A stretch of 63,006 bases of DNA from a virus. Taxonomy: Duplodnaviria > Caudoviricetes. How positions within the stretch are numbered: position 1 is the stretch's first letter; every line of letters begins with the position of its first letter. Of the stretch, positions 1 through 10,030 are shown piece after piece. The position numbers and the translations under genes were made by a program. The notes beneath the pieces were generated by a model. The model was not told the DNA's origin, ran no database searches, and worked only from the letters and a program-made list of their open reading frames with translations. The stretch is taken from IMG/VR virus record IMGVR_UViG_3300037840_000064, positions 1 through 63,006 of that record; one strand, 5' to 3'.

Positions 1-52
1 TGATTCTTAGATTGTGCTAGACCCTGACTCCGATGGAGGGTTGCGTCAATTG

Positions 53-295
53 TTATTGTTTCGGCTCATCCTTGGGCTTCTCGGCAATCTGCTTTTGCAA
101 GTCAGCTATCGTTTTTTGCGCCTGTGCCAGTTGTGCCTCTGCCGCCGCCGCCTCATCCAAGGCGCGGTTACGTTGCGCTTGTAGAGCATTAAGCGCCTGC
201 TGTAAGAATGCTGGATCGGCACCTTGCGGGATCGGCTGCTGGGCGAGCGCCGAAGCGGCAAGCAGTGTGAGCATCATTGCGATTATGAGTTGCAT
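53..295 (-). CDS. Small signal-peptide coiled-coil protein downstream of tail fibre genes (possible fibre chaperone or spanin-like protein)
   Basis: MQLIIAMMLTLLAASALA|QQ leader, then heptad-like Ala/Gln/Leu helix; overlaps the stop of the upstream gene. Confidence 0.6.
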   Translation of the reverse strand: MQLIIAMMLTLLAASALAQQPIPQGADPAFLQQALNALQAQRNRALDEAAAAEAQLAQAQKTIADLQKQIAEKPKDEPKQ

Positions 296-1584
296 GTTCC
301 ACCCGTGAGAACGCCGAGCGTGAAAATCAAAGTTTTTGCTTGGTTGACGGTACAGGTCTGCGTCAAGCCCGGCGACAATCCCGCCTGAAATCCTGTACCC
401 ACAATGATGCCGGCACCGCCGTCCGTGGCGATATTTGCATTACCGACCGATAATCCACCGCTCGCCTGAAATCGAAACTTCTCTGTCACGGTTGGCGAGC
501 CGCCGCCAGTCACCGCTGTAAATATGGAGCAATAAGTTCCAAATGCAGTCGTGCTCCAATTTTCAGCCGCCCAACAGTTTATGCGAGCCTTGCTTGTCTC
601 AACTGCCGAGGACGATCCCGCTCCGCTGAAATTAATCCGGCCAATCTCGTCCCCGCTTACCAGCGGAGTAGGACTAGCCTGCGTGCCGTCGTAGCGGAGA
701 AAAGTATTAACGCCAAAAGAGCCAAAAGTTTGTACAGCATGACCCGCAGCGGTAGCATCCAAACCAAATATATTAACGCCCTTGCTTATGCTGGCAAGAG
801 TTAATGCCGTTGGCGTTACTGCATTCTGGTTAATCAGAAACGCGCCAGGTGCAGCATCAAGCCCACTTTGGGGAGTGTCATTGGCATAAGTGCCAAGGTA
901 AAGTGCGCCGTCGTTGAATAGGGTTAGTTGAGGGACTTGCGTAGTGGTTCCCGCCAAAGTCACCTTCATTTCCAGGCGCGTACATTCTGACGAAGTACTC
1001 CAATTGCAATCCGCATAAACCTGATAGCTACCCCGAGCCTCTATCCAGCCGGTAGTGCTGCTGCCGGTTCCGCAAAGCGCTTGATTGCAGCCGCCGCCGC
1101 CGAAGGATACAAGAGTGTCGTTAGCCAAGATTGCGGTCGGCGCTCCCAACGTCCCATTAGCGTGCGCCCCAGTAAACGCCGGAGAATTTCCAGTGCCTGC
1201 GGTATTTGTATTTGCGAGATAGACACTAATTCTCGCGCCGCCCCCGTCTGCCCCCGCCAAGATCAAAACATTGTCGGTTTGAGATATCGGCATAACGGGA
1301 GCAAAACTGATTTTTGGAATAACCGTGCTTGGAACCGAAAAACTGATGCCGCTATCGGTCAACCCCGTTCCCGTGGCGTTGTACCACGGCAAATCTTTCG
1401 GAGTTCCAAGGGTTCCGCCATTGATCGCATTGCAAGTGTACTGCGTTGATGCCGCGCGATTATCGCAAGTCGCGGCAGGCGCAGTCGGCACGATGCAATT
1501 CGGATTCGACGGCCCGCACCCCTGCGCCGCCGCCGGCAGCGCCGAGACAATCAGGAGCGCAAGCGCAAGTAGAATCTTCTTCAT
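283..1584 (-). CDS. Tail fibre/receptor-binding protein with Sec-type signal peptide
   Basis: Start moved to MKKILLALALL (TGATG overlap with upstream stop); Gly/Thr/Ser-rich internally repeated beta-type sequence; located after the main fibre gene. Confidence 0.65.
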   Translation of the reverse strand: MKKILLALALLIVSALPAAAQGCGPSNPNCIVPTAPAATCDNRAASTQYTCNAINGGTLGTPKDLPWYNATGTGLTDSGISFSVPSTVIPKISFAPVMPISQTDNVLILAGADGGGARISVYLANTNTAGTGNSPAFTGAHANGTLGAPTAILANDTLVSFGGGGCNQALCGTGSSTTGWIEARGSYQVYADCNWSTSSECTRLEMKVTLAGTTTQVPQLTLFNDGALYLGTYANDTPQSGLDAAPGAFLINQNAVTPTALTLASISKGVNIFGLDATAAGHAVQTFGSFGVNTFLRYDGTQASPTPLVSGDEIGRINFSGAGSSSAVETSKARINCWAAENWSTTAFGTYCSIFTAVTGGGSPTVTEKFRFQASGGLSVGNANIATDGGAGIIVGTGFQAGLSPGLTQTCTVNQAKTLIFTLGVLTGGTCNS

Positions 1585-1913
1585 CAGACAAATTCCAGAA
1601 TAGTGAGATTGCAGTTTCCGCTCGCGATGGCCTGCCACGCGCAATTGATCTGAAAGTTTCCCTGCGCCATGATCGGCAGCGTCGCTCCGGGGAATAAGGG
1701 AATGCCTTGATTTACGGCAATCGCGCTCCCGGCCGGCGCAAGATAGATGGTCTGCGTCGCACTCGGATTTCCAAACGTAATGCCGCGGCGCTGTGCGTTC
1801 GTCCCGATGACGCTCGCAGTAAGCGCCGTCGTCAGAGCAACCGACGTAAACACCGGACTGGCAATCGGGATTATCTGGTTTTGTTGGATCAGCGGTTCGG
1901 GCATGACGTTCAT
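1584..1913 (-). CDS. Hypothetical small virion-associated beta protein
   Basis: 109-aa ORF between two fibre genes, coupled to the downstream gene. Confidence 0.6.
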   Translation of the reverse strand: MNVMPEPLIQQNQIIPIASPVFTSVALTTALTASVIGTNAQRRGITFGNPSATQTIYLAPAGSAIAVNQGIPLFPGATLPIMAQGNFQINCAWQAIASGNCNLTILEFV

Positions 1914-1965
1914 CCGACTTTCGTTAGGAAAACTCTGTTGTTGTTTGCAGGCTTAAACGCACACA

Positions 1966-3906
1966 TCAACCCATAATTTCCGTCAGCCTCATCGTACCTA
2001 TACCGAAAGTGCCAGAACCAACGTTATTATTGCCATATACAGTGTACGCCTGGCTCGAAGAAACCCCTGGTGCATCGAGAACATCGAATACGCAAGGTGC
2101 CGATACAACACCGGCGCTGTTATTGATACCCACCGCCTGCGGCTCGCCGATAGCAGTCGATGTTCCCCGTCGAACCTGCGCACTTACTTGTGAAACGCTT
2201 GTCCCACTCACACCCGCCGCAGCAACACCGATTGCATTGATCAAAATAAGGTTTGCTGCACTGGTCGGTATAATGCTTGATGTAATGGTCGTAGCGGCCG
2301 CCGTTCCAGTGAGGCTGGTAGCACTGGCCGTCGCAAAGAAAACCGTCTGCACCGGGTCACCGGGTTTTTTGCACGAGGCCGGCGCCAAGCAAAATTGCAG
2401 CGTCGTCGGGGCGGACGCCCATGTCCCTGCCGTTCCCAAGCCCGAAGCATAGTCTGCGTAGCCGAGAATAATCACACTGTCGTTGCTGGTATTGGCCGAC
2501 GTATAAAGAACACCCGCCGTTCCTGATCCAGCGGTTATTCCCGTGCCGCTTTTCTGGATCGTCTCCCAGGCCGTGCACGGAAAGATCGCCGTCGCAGTTG
2601 AACATTTTGCAACCCCCAAAATCGGCGTGCCGCCGTTGTATGCGGCAAATATCCAGATTCGGAACGGGACATTGCTGCTCGACGTTCCGAGCGTCGCACC
2701 GGATGGAATCGTGATACCCAAAGCGCCTTGCGGTATGGCCCAAAGCGGATCGCCGTTCGCCAAGGTGGTATCCCGGAAGCGCAGCGGACCTCCTGAATAG
2801 GTGATAGTCAGTGCGCTCGCACTAGCAACCGCCGCGAGGCTTCCATTGACCGGACCATGTACGTCAAGCCACCACGTCCCCGACGACAAGGCGTTGGTGC
2901 TGATCCACACCCAAGAACCGGATGGAATCGTAATCGAGGTTCCCGACCCAACACCGGGAAAATTATCGTTGGCGTTCGGCGTAATCGTGCAGATGCCAGA
3001 GATCGCGTAAATCCAGAAACCGAATCCGGCCTGCAACGTATTGGCGCGAGGCAGCGTATAGGTGATTGGTCCCGTGCAAATCCTCTGATTCAACTGAAAC
3101 GCGGACGTAACGCTCTGGCTTGTGGAATCCGCAGTCGCAACGAACGTCTGCCGAAGTGTTCCCGCCCCATCATCAGCCAGACCATAGGAACCAACATTCT
3201 CCGTCGCCGCACTGCCCAAACCCAAGTCTGTCCGAGCCGCTGCAATCGTCGGCGCATTAACCACCGGCTGCATCGCCGACGAGACCGTTCCCGCAGGCAG
3301 CGTCGAAATCGCAACCGGAACACATCCCGTCGCATCAAATCCGAGCGCCTGGTTCGCTCGCTGTGCGGCAGCGGGTAACGGCGCGAGACTCCCACAACTA
3401 TCCGAAACCGGAATTGCAATCCCTCGCCCAAATAGCGCGTTCAACTGCTGAATCTGCATCGACAGAAGATCAAGCGCCGCTTCAACCGCAGTCGGGAATG
3501 CTTGCCCCTGATTCGAGCTTACGGTTTGCAGATAGGGCAGCGTCCGCGCGATGGTGATCGTCGTTCCAGACGCGATAGGGGAACCAACGAGAGGGTATGT
3601 GACCGAGCCGCCGAGGCCCCAGATTGCTCCCGGCAGCGGTGCGGTAAGCGTGAGCGTGTATTGCGTGTTCGGCGTAAGCGTCGTCTGGTTGCCGTTCGCG
3701 TCCGTGTAGATCACAGTAATGTCGTTGGAGGCGACGCCGATAAACGGGAACGTGAAATTCGTAATCGAGCCATTGCCGCCGATCACCACGGACGATTGCG
3801 CACTCGTAACTGTCGCGCGCACGTAACCGAGCCACGCCAAGTCGGCAATCTCGCCCAGGACAATAAGGCCGATGAACGCGAGCAGGAGGCGTGCGGCTTT
3901 TTTCAT
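1966..3906 (-). CDS. Tail fibre protein with T7 gp17-like N-terminal attachment domain, preceded by a signal peptide
   Basis: TVTS..GNGSITNFTFPF..ITVIYTD..TITIARTLPYLQ..VEAALDLLSMQIQQL is the podovirus fibre N-terminal pattern; AARTDLGLGSAAT fibre motif. Confidence 0.85.
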   Translation of the reverse strand: MKKAARLLLAFIGLIVLGEIADLAWLGYVRATVTSAQSSVVIGGNGSITNFTFPFIGVASNDITVIYTDANGNQTTLTPNTQYTLTLTAPLPGAIWGLGGSVTYPLVGSPIASGTTITIARTLPYLQTVSSNQGQAFPTAVEAALDLLSMQIQQLNALFGRGIAIPVSDSCGSLAPLPAAAQRANQALGFDATGCVPVAISTLPAGTVSSAMQPVVNAPTIAAARTDLGLGSAATENVGSYGLADDGAGTLRQTFVATADSTSQSVTSAFQLNQRICTGPITYTLPRANTLQAGFGFWIYAISGICTITPNANDNFPGVGSGTSITIPSGSWVWISTNALSSGTWWLDVHGPVNGSLAAVASASALTITYSGGPLRFRDTTLANGDPLWAIPQGALGITIPSGATLGTSSSNVPFRIWIFAAYNGGTPILGVAKCSTATAIFPCTAWETIQKSGTGITAGSGTAGVLYTSANTSNDSVIILGYADYASGLGTAGTWASAPTTLQFCLAPASCKKPGDPVQTVFFATASATSLTGTAAATTITSSIIPTSAANLILINAIGVAAAGVSGTSVSQVSAQVRRGTSTAIGEPQAVGINNSAGVVSAPCVFDVLDAPGVSSSQAYTVYGNNNVGSGTFGIGTMRLTEIMG

Positions 3907-4070
3907 TCTTTGCGATCGCTTTCAGATTTCATGCGATGGTGAGCAAGCCACCCGTGCGGGTGAGGTTCGTTCGGCAGGAAAGGCGCTTTCTCCTTGCGGC
4001 GCGGCCTTACCTTCGCTCGCTGCTTCTGCGGCGCATGGACTGGCGTAATTGGCGGGCGAATATCGGCCAC
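3903..4070 (-). CDS. 55-aa basic hypothetical protein (below ORF-track cutoff)
   Basis: GTG start overlaps the upstream TAG and its TGA overlaps the fibre ATG (MADIRPPITPVHAPQKQRAKVRPRRKEK...). Confidence 0.5.
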   Translation of the reverse strand: MADIRPPITPVHAPQKQRAKVRPRRKEKAPFLPNEPHPHGWLAHHRMKSESDRKE

Positions 4071-7000
4071 TAGTGGGCAACCGTGCTTTGCAAGATCGCG
4101 TGCTTGGCGTCCAATGCCTGTTTCATGATCTCTGGATATTGCATCAAGATCACGGTTCGCGCCATATCCCTTGAGCCGTCCACAGCCGTTTTCAACTGTT
4201 CTTGCCGGATTTGCTGCGGGATAAGATTGAAGCCCGGATTCGACACCATGGCATTGACTCGCATTTTGGCGACGCGACCGGCGATTCGGGTGAAGTCATC
4301 GTATTGCTGATCGGTCAAAGTCACGCCGCGAATCTTCCTCTCCGGCCTAGCGGGATAGTATTCGGCCTTCTGTAGCGCGATTGTTGCCGGATCGTTTACC
4401 GCAGGCGACCACGACATCATCGACCCGCCGCGCATCGGTTCCCCCCATAGGTCGCGGACAGGGAAAAGCTGCTCGCTCATGCCCGGAATATGGGCGCGTA
4501 AGGCATCCATTTCCGAGCGCACGGAACGCCATACCGGATCGGTCATGGACGCGATTTGGCGAAGGCCGATGGAGAACGGCAGAAAATCCATCGACATATT
4601 GCGCAGGTACTTCATGCCGCTGCGGTCCCAATTGCGCGCTGCATCAATAAACGAGGAAAGCCCGCGCATCCAGGTTTCGTCGGCAACAACCTCCGAGAAT
4701 CCGAACAGGAGTGCGGCAGCGCCTTGCGCCAGACCCTTCTCGCTCATCGTATGACCGATTTCGACCATATCGGCGACGCCGGCAACGAGAGGACCAAGTG
4801 CGCTCAGATATTTCCGATAGGGGATATACTCGCCGCCAATCTTGAGGCTGTACGGCTTCCACCCCGTCATTTCCATCACTTCGCGCTGCTTCGGATCGGA
4901 AGGACCGCCCCCCGTCATGATGCCTTGCATGGTGAGGCCCATCACGCTCAATCCGAGCCCGGTCCCCACCATGATCTGCCCATATTGCCGCTGCATCGCG
5001 ACCGGCCCGTTACGACCCAACAGATTATTGCGCGCGTCTGAGGACAAGAACGCCAAAGGCGTGCGCTCTACAAAGCCCTCGCGGAGAATGTTCGCACCTA
5101 TCTGCACGAACGGCATAACGAGTTTCAAGGCGATGTGGCTATTGACCCACTTCTGAAAATGGTACTGCCCCGAATCGAAGGTCGGACGCTTCATCAGCAC
5201 CATTTCGAGCGCGGTATTATGTGCTTCTGCCATCGCCGAGTCCGGCGGCTTGCTCACAAACTCGGCCATGTGCTGATTGAATTCATCGGTGCCGGGCTCG
5301 AAGTCTTCCTTTATCGCGTCGCGAAAGGCCATCGCGGAGATTTCGGATTCGTAGTTCATGCCGTAGTGCATGGTGTGGATCGCGGCGACCGAGCGCGACG
5401 GCGTTTCCAGAACGTAGCCTACCTTGCCGGGAATCTGTTGCGGACGGTAGGCGATTTCCGAATTGAAAAGATCGACGCCGGACGGATCGCCCTTCATCAC
5501 AGATACGCCGGTTTTCAGCGCACTATATGATGGCATTATTCCTTCGCGAGCGCCGTAGAGCATTCCGTAAAGTCGCGGCACAATCTCGCCTGCAACGATT
5601 CGATCTTCCGGCTTGATCGCCCCGACTGCCGAAAGCATCCGCCCCGCAAGAGCAGACGCAGCGGTTTCAGGAACGGCCCGCCATAACTGCAAAACCTGAT
5701 TGCCGATGGAGTATCCAACGTGAGTTAGTGGTCCCGAAATTAGATTGTTGATGACGTAGCTGATAACACCGTCGCGGACCTTCTGCCCGAGCAGTTTTTG
5801 CGAGTCCTGAATCCCTCGCGCGACTTGTGCCGGTGTGCTTGCAGCACGGCCTAGCGTCATTTCCTGCTGTAGTTGAAAAAGTGTCTTGCCCGTCGCATCC
5901 TTCAAAACCGCAGCGAGTTCTTCCGCGTTCTGTGTCGCGCCCTTCATCGTGCGGAACGCGCGAAGCCCACGGCCCATTTCCGCCGTAATGCCGGACAATG
6001 TTTCGTGTGCCATCAAAAATCTTTGTCGCGCTTCCGCGTAGGCGACTTCATCCGTGCCTTGCATGGTCCGGCTGACTTCGGCGGCAAGTTTGGTAAACGT
6101 ATCGCGCATTAACCAGATACGCGCGGCAAGCGGCACACCATCCTCGACGGACATCTGCCGCAGGCGGTCCATGTTGTTTGCGACGATCCGCGGATCGACG
6201 CCCATCGCGTCCGCCAAATCCATGATGGACTGATCGGACACGACGCCTCGCGTGGCGGCGTCTAACTGTGCAGCATTTTCGTGGTAGAGCGTTCGGATTG
6301 CGTCGTTGACGGCGGCGGGAGTATCGAGGTTTTCCAGCCGGATATTTCCGACCTTATCCATCTTCGCCGCCGGCAGTGTGTCCAGCGGAACGTGAGGCCC
6401 GATGGGAAGCGGCTCTATGGTTCCTGCGCTGCCTTCTCGTGTTCGTAGCCCAGCGCCTTGCGGTACAATGTTGCCGCCGCCCTGTGGCTGCGTGCCGAGT
6501 TCCGCGCTGCCAGCGCCGCCTGGACCGATAGTGTCGGGTCTGCCGCGATCTTCTCCCAATGAGATTGGTTCGCTTGCGCTAGTTCCAATTTTCTCTGCAC
6601 TTCCTCGATGCTCATCCGCTATGTCCTTGGGCAGTTCCGCTCTGGCCCTGGCATCCTCGTTACCGATACGATCCGCCGCCCGCTCCGCTTCGTGCGGCTC
6701 GGTCAGAACGGCGTCCGACTCATGAATATCCTGCAAATCGGGCCGTTTGGCAATCTCGGGCGCAATCACGGTCCTTTGAGGCTGTTCGGCAAGCATCCGG
6801 TCGAAAACACCCCGAATATCGTCACTGATCGGAGCGCCTAAGCCCCTGATGGTCTGGTAGATATTCATCATCCATTGCTTGACCTTGGCGAATACGCCGG
6901 CAAGCTGCGGAGAGGGGGCTATGCCTTCCCGAAGATATTGCTCAAATCCCCTGGCGAACTTCTCATGGGCCTTGGTTGCCTTGATCTTGGCCGCCCGTGA

Positions 7001-10000
7001 GGCATCGGCGCCTAGGGTTAAGTCCTGTGGCCCTTTGAGTCCGAGCCAATCCATGACGGTCTGTGCGTCTGCCTTAAGGTCTGCGGGCGCGGCTTCGTGG
7101 GCGGCGTCACGGACAAGTTCCGCGAGGTATTGGTGGCCGGATTCGTGAAAGAACGTCGAGGCGTTGGCCTCGGCGGTTAGCCTCATTAGAGGGCGGACGT
7201 TCTCCATGCCGATGTAGTCGTGGCCGGGGACGGCGTTGGGGTTTAGGACGATGCCGCCGCGCGCTTGTTGGAATAGTTCTTGCTGGTCTTTTTCATCCCC
7301 GAACAGCCCCACGTCCATAGGCTTCTGTTCGGCCTTTGGCTTCAACGGCTGATCGGCCGCGCGTTGCGCACGTTCGGCGTCACTGATTCTCTCGGCGCCT
7401 GGAATCTGTTGCTGACCTTCGGCCTCGCGCTCCGCGATCAAGTCGCGTTCGCGTTTCCGCTGGTAGAACTCCGTCCAAGTCTTTTCTCGATAGCCTTCGC
7501 GATCTGTTCGTGCGCCAGCGCCAGGTGTGGCTTCTTCGCCTTTAGCAGTTGCTTCGCGCGCTTCCTGTGCTGCTCCGGTGTCATCAGGTACATCCCATCC
7601 GGGGATATACTCGGCGCGTTCGGGAGCGTTTTCGGTTTCGACGGCATGATCGTCTGCCTCCATCACGGCCCGTTCGTGGGCGATGTCGGGTTCCAGTCTT
7701 TGTCTGTCCATCAGTTCGCGCATTCTCGCTGAGATGGATGGTTCGATTTCGTTGGGTTTTATTCCAACTTCTTGCAGGTAATCGGTTATGCGAGAATCAA
7801 GTTCTGCTTGTGCGGCTCTGTGCTGTTCCAGTTCGGCGGCGTCGGGCACACGCTCGCGGGCTTCCTGCGGTTCAACACCTTGGCGATAAACTTTGGTGCC
7901 GCGTTCCTCGCGGTCCATCGCCTGCAACAGCGTGTCGAGATTCGACGTGGCCTCGCCGGCACTCACACCGCTTTGGCCGTGGTCCTGAATATAACCGGCC
8001 TCGACCGCCGCCTCGCGAGCGCGATCTAGCTCCATGCCGTCTTTGCGAATCAGCGGCCCAAATCCGGGAATCCATTTCTGGTCCTTACCGAAGATCGTTC
8101 GCACGTCGCCGATGTTCTTGTCGTCGGCTTTTATTCCACCCCGATCTGCGATGAATTGAAGGAGCGACCAGCGTTCTTGCGGCACGGCGCGCGGGCCGCG
8201 TGCGGCTTTGGGGCCGACGTGGGTTGTGGTGATTTCGGATTCGGGGATGGCCTCGGCTACCGGCGTCGGCGCAATTGCTGGCGCTCCTGTGGGCGCTGGC
8301 GCTGTAGGTCCGCCCGGCCCGCGAATCTGCGCACCCTCGGCCTTGTAAAGTTCCTCCGCGCCGCCACGCGCCCCGCCAAGCCTTGCGGCTCTTGCCTCGT
8401 ACCGCGCCGCGACAAGCTGCCCCGCCGCCTGTGCTTCCGTTTCCGGCCGCCCCGCTGCGATCAACTGGCGCTTTACGTCGTTGACGATGAAATCCCGCTG
8501 TGCCTCGATTGGCTTGATAACCTGATCTGTCGGAACGCTCGGCTTGTTCTCCGACTTGTGGTGCCCAATCGCATCTTCCGGATTGATGTGCATCTGTCCG
8601 GGCGGCGGATTCGTATTAGGCTCATGCTCGATATGATCGAGATAGCCGTCCATTTCGTCGGTATAGGCTTTCCAGTTCACGCCATCGGCTTCGACTGCGG
8701 CGCGCTCTGCGGGTGTTGCAACTTTGGTATGAGCATCGTCGTAGCTCATGCCCCGCTTCATCGCTTCGGCTTCGACGGTTTCGTGAATAGCAAGATACTT
8801 GTGCAGGTTTGCCGGATTGCCGTCTTTGTCTTTGAGAGTCGGCGAGAATTCCGGGATGCTGTGATCAACGACAACCGTTCCGTCTGCGGTCGAATTTGCG
8901 CCTGAGAGAACGGTATGCGTGGCGTCGATCTTCGCTGGCACTCCCGTCACTTCCGGCGGCGGAAACATTCCCCACGACTGCGATACAGGTGGTGCCACTG
9001 TTGCCGCGTTCGTACTTGCCGCCGCTTCCTGATACGCCGCCTTGACCTGTGGCGAGAGTTCGTCGAGTTCTTTATTCACGCCATCGAGATAAGCCTTCAC
9101 GCCCGGTTCGGACTGCCCTTGCGCCTCTCGTTCGGCAAGCCACTTTTGCAAACCGTCTTGCTGCTGCTTCAACGTGTCGTAGCGCGCAAAGACATCGGGC
9201 GCGGCTTGGCGTGCTGCTGTGTGAATGTCGGGGGTGATATTCTCAGGACTCGGCATGACTGCGGCAGGCGGCGGCGTCATCGGCGACGGCTGTTCTGATT
9301 TTCCCGCTACCGGCGGCGGCGCGGTCTCAATCTTGACCGGCTCGCCCTTTGGCACTTCGACTGGCGCCGTACCAGCCCAACCACGTTCACCGGCACCAAT
9401 CACACGCATCTGCCGCGCGGTCTCAATCAGTCCCGGCGAATTACGATAGGCTTCGCTAAAACCAAGACCCGGTATCGGCATTCCACTTACAGGACCGTGC
9501 AGACCTGTCGGGAAGGCTTCCGGCAAAGCCGCAATTTCGCGGGCAATATTTGGTGCCCCGACTTCCTCACCTAATTGCTGGACAACGGCCTGACCGCCGC
9601 GAAACATTCCCGGCAAACCACGCCTGATTACGGCATCAAGAGCGACGGCGGCGGGACGTAACAGAACCTCGTTCGCGGTCTTAACGAGGCTCGCTTGCCC
9701 TTTCTGATAATCGTTGAAAATACCAATCTTTTTCAGATACTCGGTACTTTCATCGGACAATCCCAACCGATCCGTGCCCCAGCCTTGCTCGAATCCCTGC
9801 CCGAACGAGTCCAATATCCGCGCAACCGGGCTCACCGTTTTGTCGCCGAAAATTAGATCATTGACCGGCGAATGAGAGATACCAGCGGCCTTCGCCTTCC
9901 TGTCCGCCTCGACGGAAGCCGGAAACAACGAATCAACATCCTGCGCCCCGGACTTCTCCGGGAACAAAGCATCCACATCCTGCGGGGCAGGCGCGGCGGT

Positions 10001-10030
10001 TGGCTGTTGTGCTGGAACGTCCTGCATCAC
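4070..10030 (-). CDS. Giant internal virion/DNA ejection (polyvalent-type) protein, 1986 aa
   Basis: Size and position between lysozyme-bearing ejection protein and tail fibre; ASTFFHESGH...HEKFARGFEQYLREG zincin-like block typical of phage polyvalent proteins; C-terminal RDLWGEP-type region. Confidence 0.8.
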   Translation of the reverse strand: MMQDVPAQQPTAAPAPQDVDALFPEKSGAQDVDSLFPASVEADRKAKAAGISHSPVNDLIFGDKTVSPVARILDSFGQGFEQGWGTDRLGLSDESTEYLKKIGIFNDYQKGQASLVKTANEVLLRPAAVALDAVIRRGLPGMFRGGQAVVQQLGEEVGAPNIAREIAALPEAFPTGLHGPVSGMPIPGLGFSEAYRNSPGLIETARQMRVIGAGERGWAGTAPVEVPKGEPVKIETAPPPVAGKSEQPSPMTPPPAAVMPSPENITPDIHTAARQAAPDVFARYDTLKQQQDGLQKWLAEREAQGQSEPGVKAYLDGVNKELDELSPQVKAAYQEAAASTNAATVAPPVSQSWGMFPPPEVTGVPAKIDATHTVLSGANSTADGTVVVDHSIPEFSPTLKDKDGNPANLHKYLAIHETVEAEAMKRGMSYDDAHTKVATPAERAAVEADGVNWKAYTDEMDGYLDHIEHEPNTNPPPGQMHINPEDAIGHHKSENKPSVPTDQVIKPIEAQRDFIVNDVKRQLIAAGRPETEAQAAGQLVAARYEARAARLGGARGGAEELYKAEGAQIRGPGGPTAPAPTGAPAIAPTPVAEAIPESEITTTHVGPKAARGPRAVPQERWSLLQFIADRGGIKADDKNIGDVRTIFGKDQKWIPGFGPLIRKDGMELDRAREAAVEAGYIQDHGQSGVSAGEATSNLDTLLQAMDREERGTKVYRQGVEPQEARERVPDAAELEQHRAAQAELDSRITDYLQEVGIKPNEIEPSISARMRELMDRQRLEPDIAHERAVMEADDHAVETENAPERAEYIPGWDVPDDTGAAQEAREATAKGEEATPGAGARTDREGYREKTWTEFYQRKRERDLIAEREAEGQQQIPGAERISDAERAQRAADQPLKPKAEQKPMDVGLFGDEKDQQELFQQARGGIVLNPNAVPGHDYIGMENVRPLMRLTAEANASTFFHESGHQYLAELVRDAAHEAAPADLKADAQTVMDWLGLKGPQDLTLGADASRAAKIKATKAHEKFARGFEQYLREGIAPSPQLAGVFAKVKQWMMNIYQTIRGLGAPISDDIRGVFDRMLAEQPQRTVIAPEIAKRPDLQDIHESDAVLTEPHEAERAADRIGNEDARARAELPKDIADEHRGSAEKIGTSASEPISLGEDRGRPDTIGPGGAGSAELGTQPQGGGNIVPQGAGLRTREGSAGTIEPLPIGPHVPLDTLPAAKMDKVGNIRLENLDTPAAVNDAIRTLYHENAAQLDAATRGVVSDQSIMDLADAMGVDPRIVANNMDRLRQMSVEDGVPLAARIWLMRDTFTKLAAEVSRTMQGTDEVAYAEARQRFLMAHETLSGITAEMGRGLRAFRTMKGATQNAEELAAVLKDATGKTLFQLQQEMTLGRAASTPAQVARGIQDSQKLLGQKVRDGVISYVINNLISGPLTHVGYSIGNQVLQLWRAVPETAASALAGRMLSAVGAIKPEDRIVAGEIVPRLYGMLYGAREGIMPSYSALKTGVSVMKGDPSGVDLFNSEIAYRPQQIPGKVGYVLETPSRSVAAIHTMHYGMNYESEISAMAFRDAIKEDFEPGTDEFNQHMAEFVSKPPDSAMAEAHNTALEMVLMKRPTFDSGQYHFQKWVNSHIALKLVMPFVQIGANILREGFVERTPLAFLSSDARNNLLGRNGPVAMQRQYGQIMVGTGLGLSVMGLTMQGIMTGGGPSDPKQREVMEMTGWKPYSLKIGGEYIPYRKYLSALGPLVAGVADMVEIGHTMSEKGLAQGAAALLFGFSEVVADETWMRGLSSFIDAARNWDRSGMKYLRNMSMDFLPFSIGLRQIASMTDPVWRSVRSEMDALRAHIPGMSEQLFPVRDLWGEPMRGGSMMSWSPAVNDPATIALQKAEYYPARPERKIRGVTLTDQQYDDFTRIAGRVAKMRVNAMVSNPGFNLIPQQIRQEQLKTAVDGSRDMARTVILMQYPEIMKQALDAKHAILQSTVAH

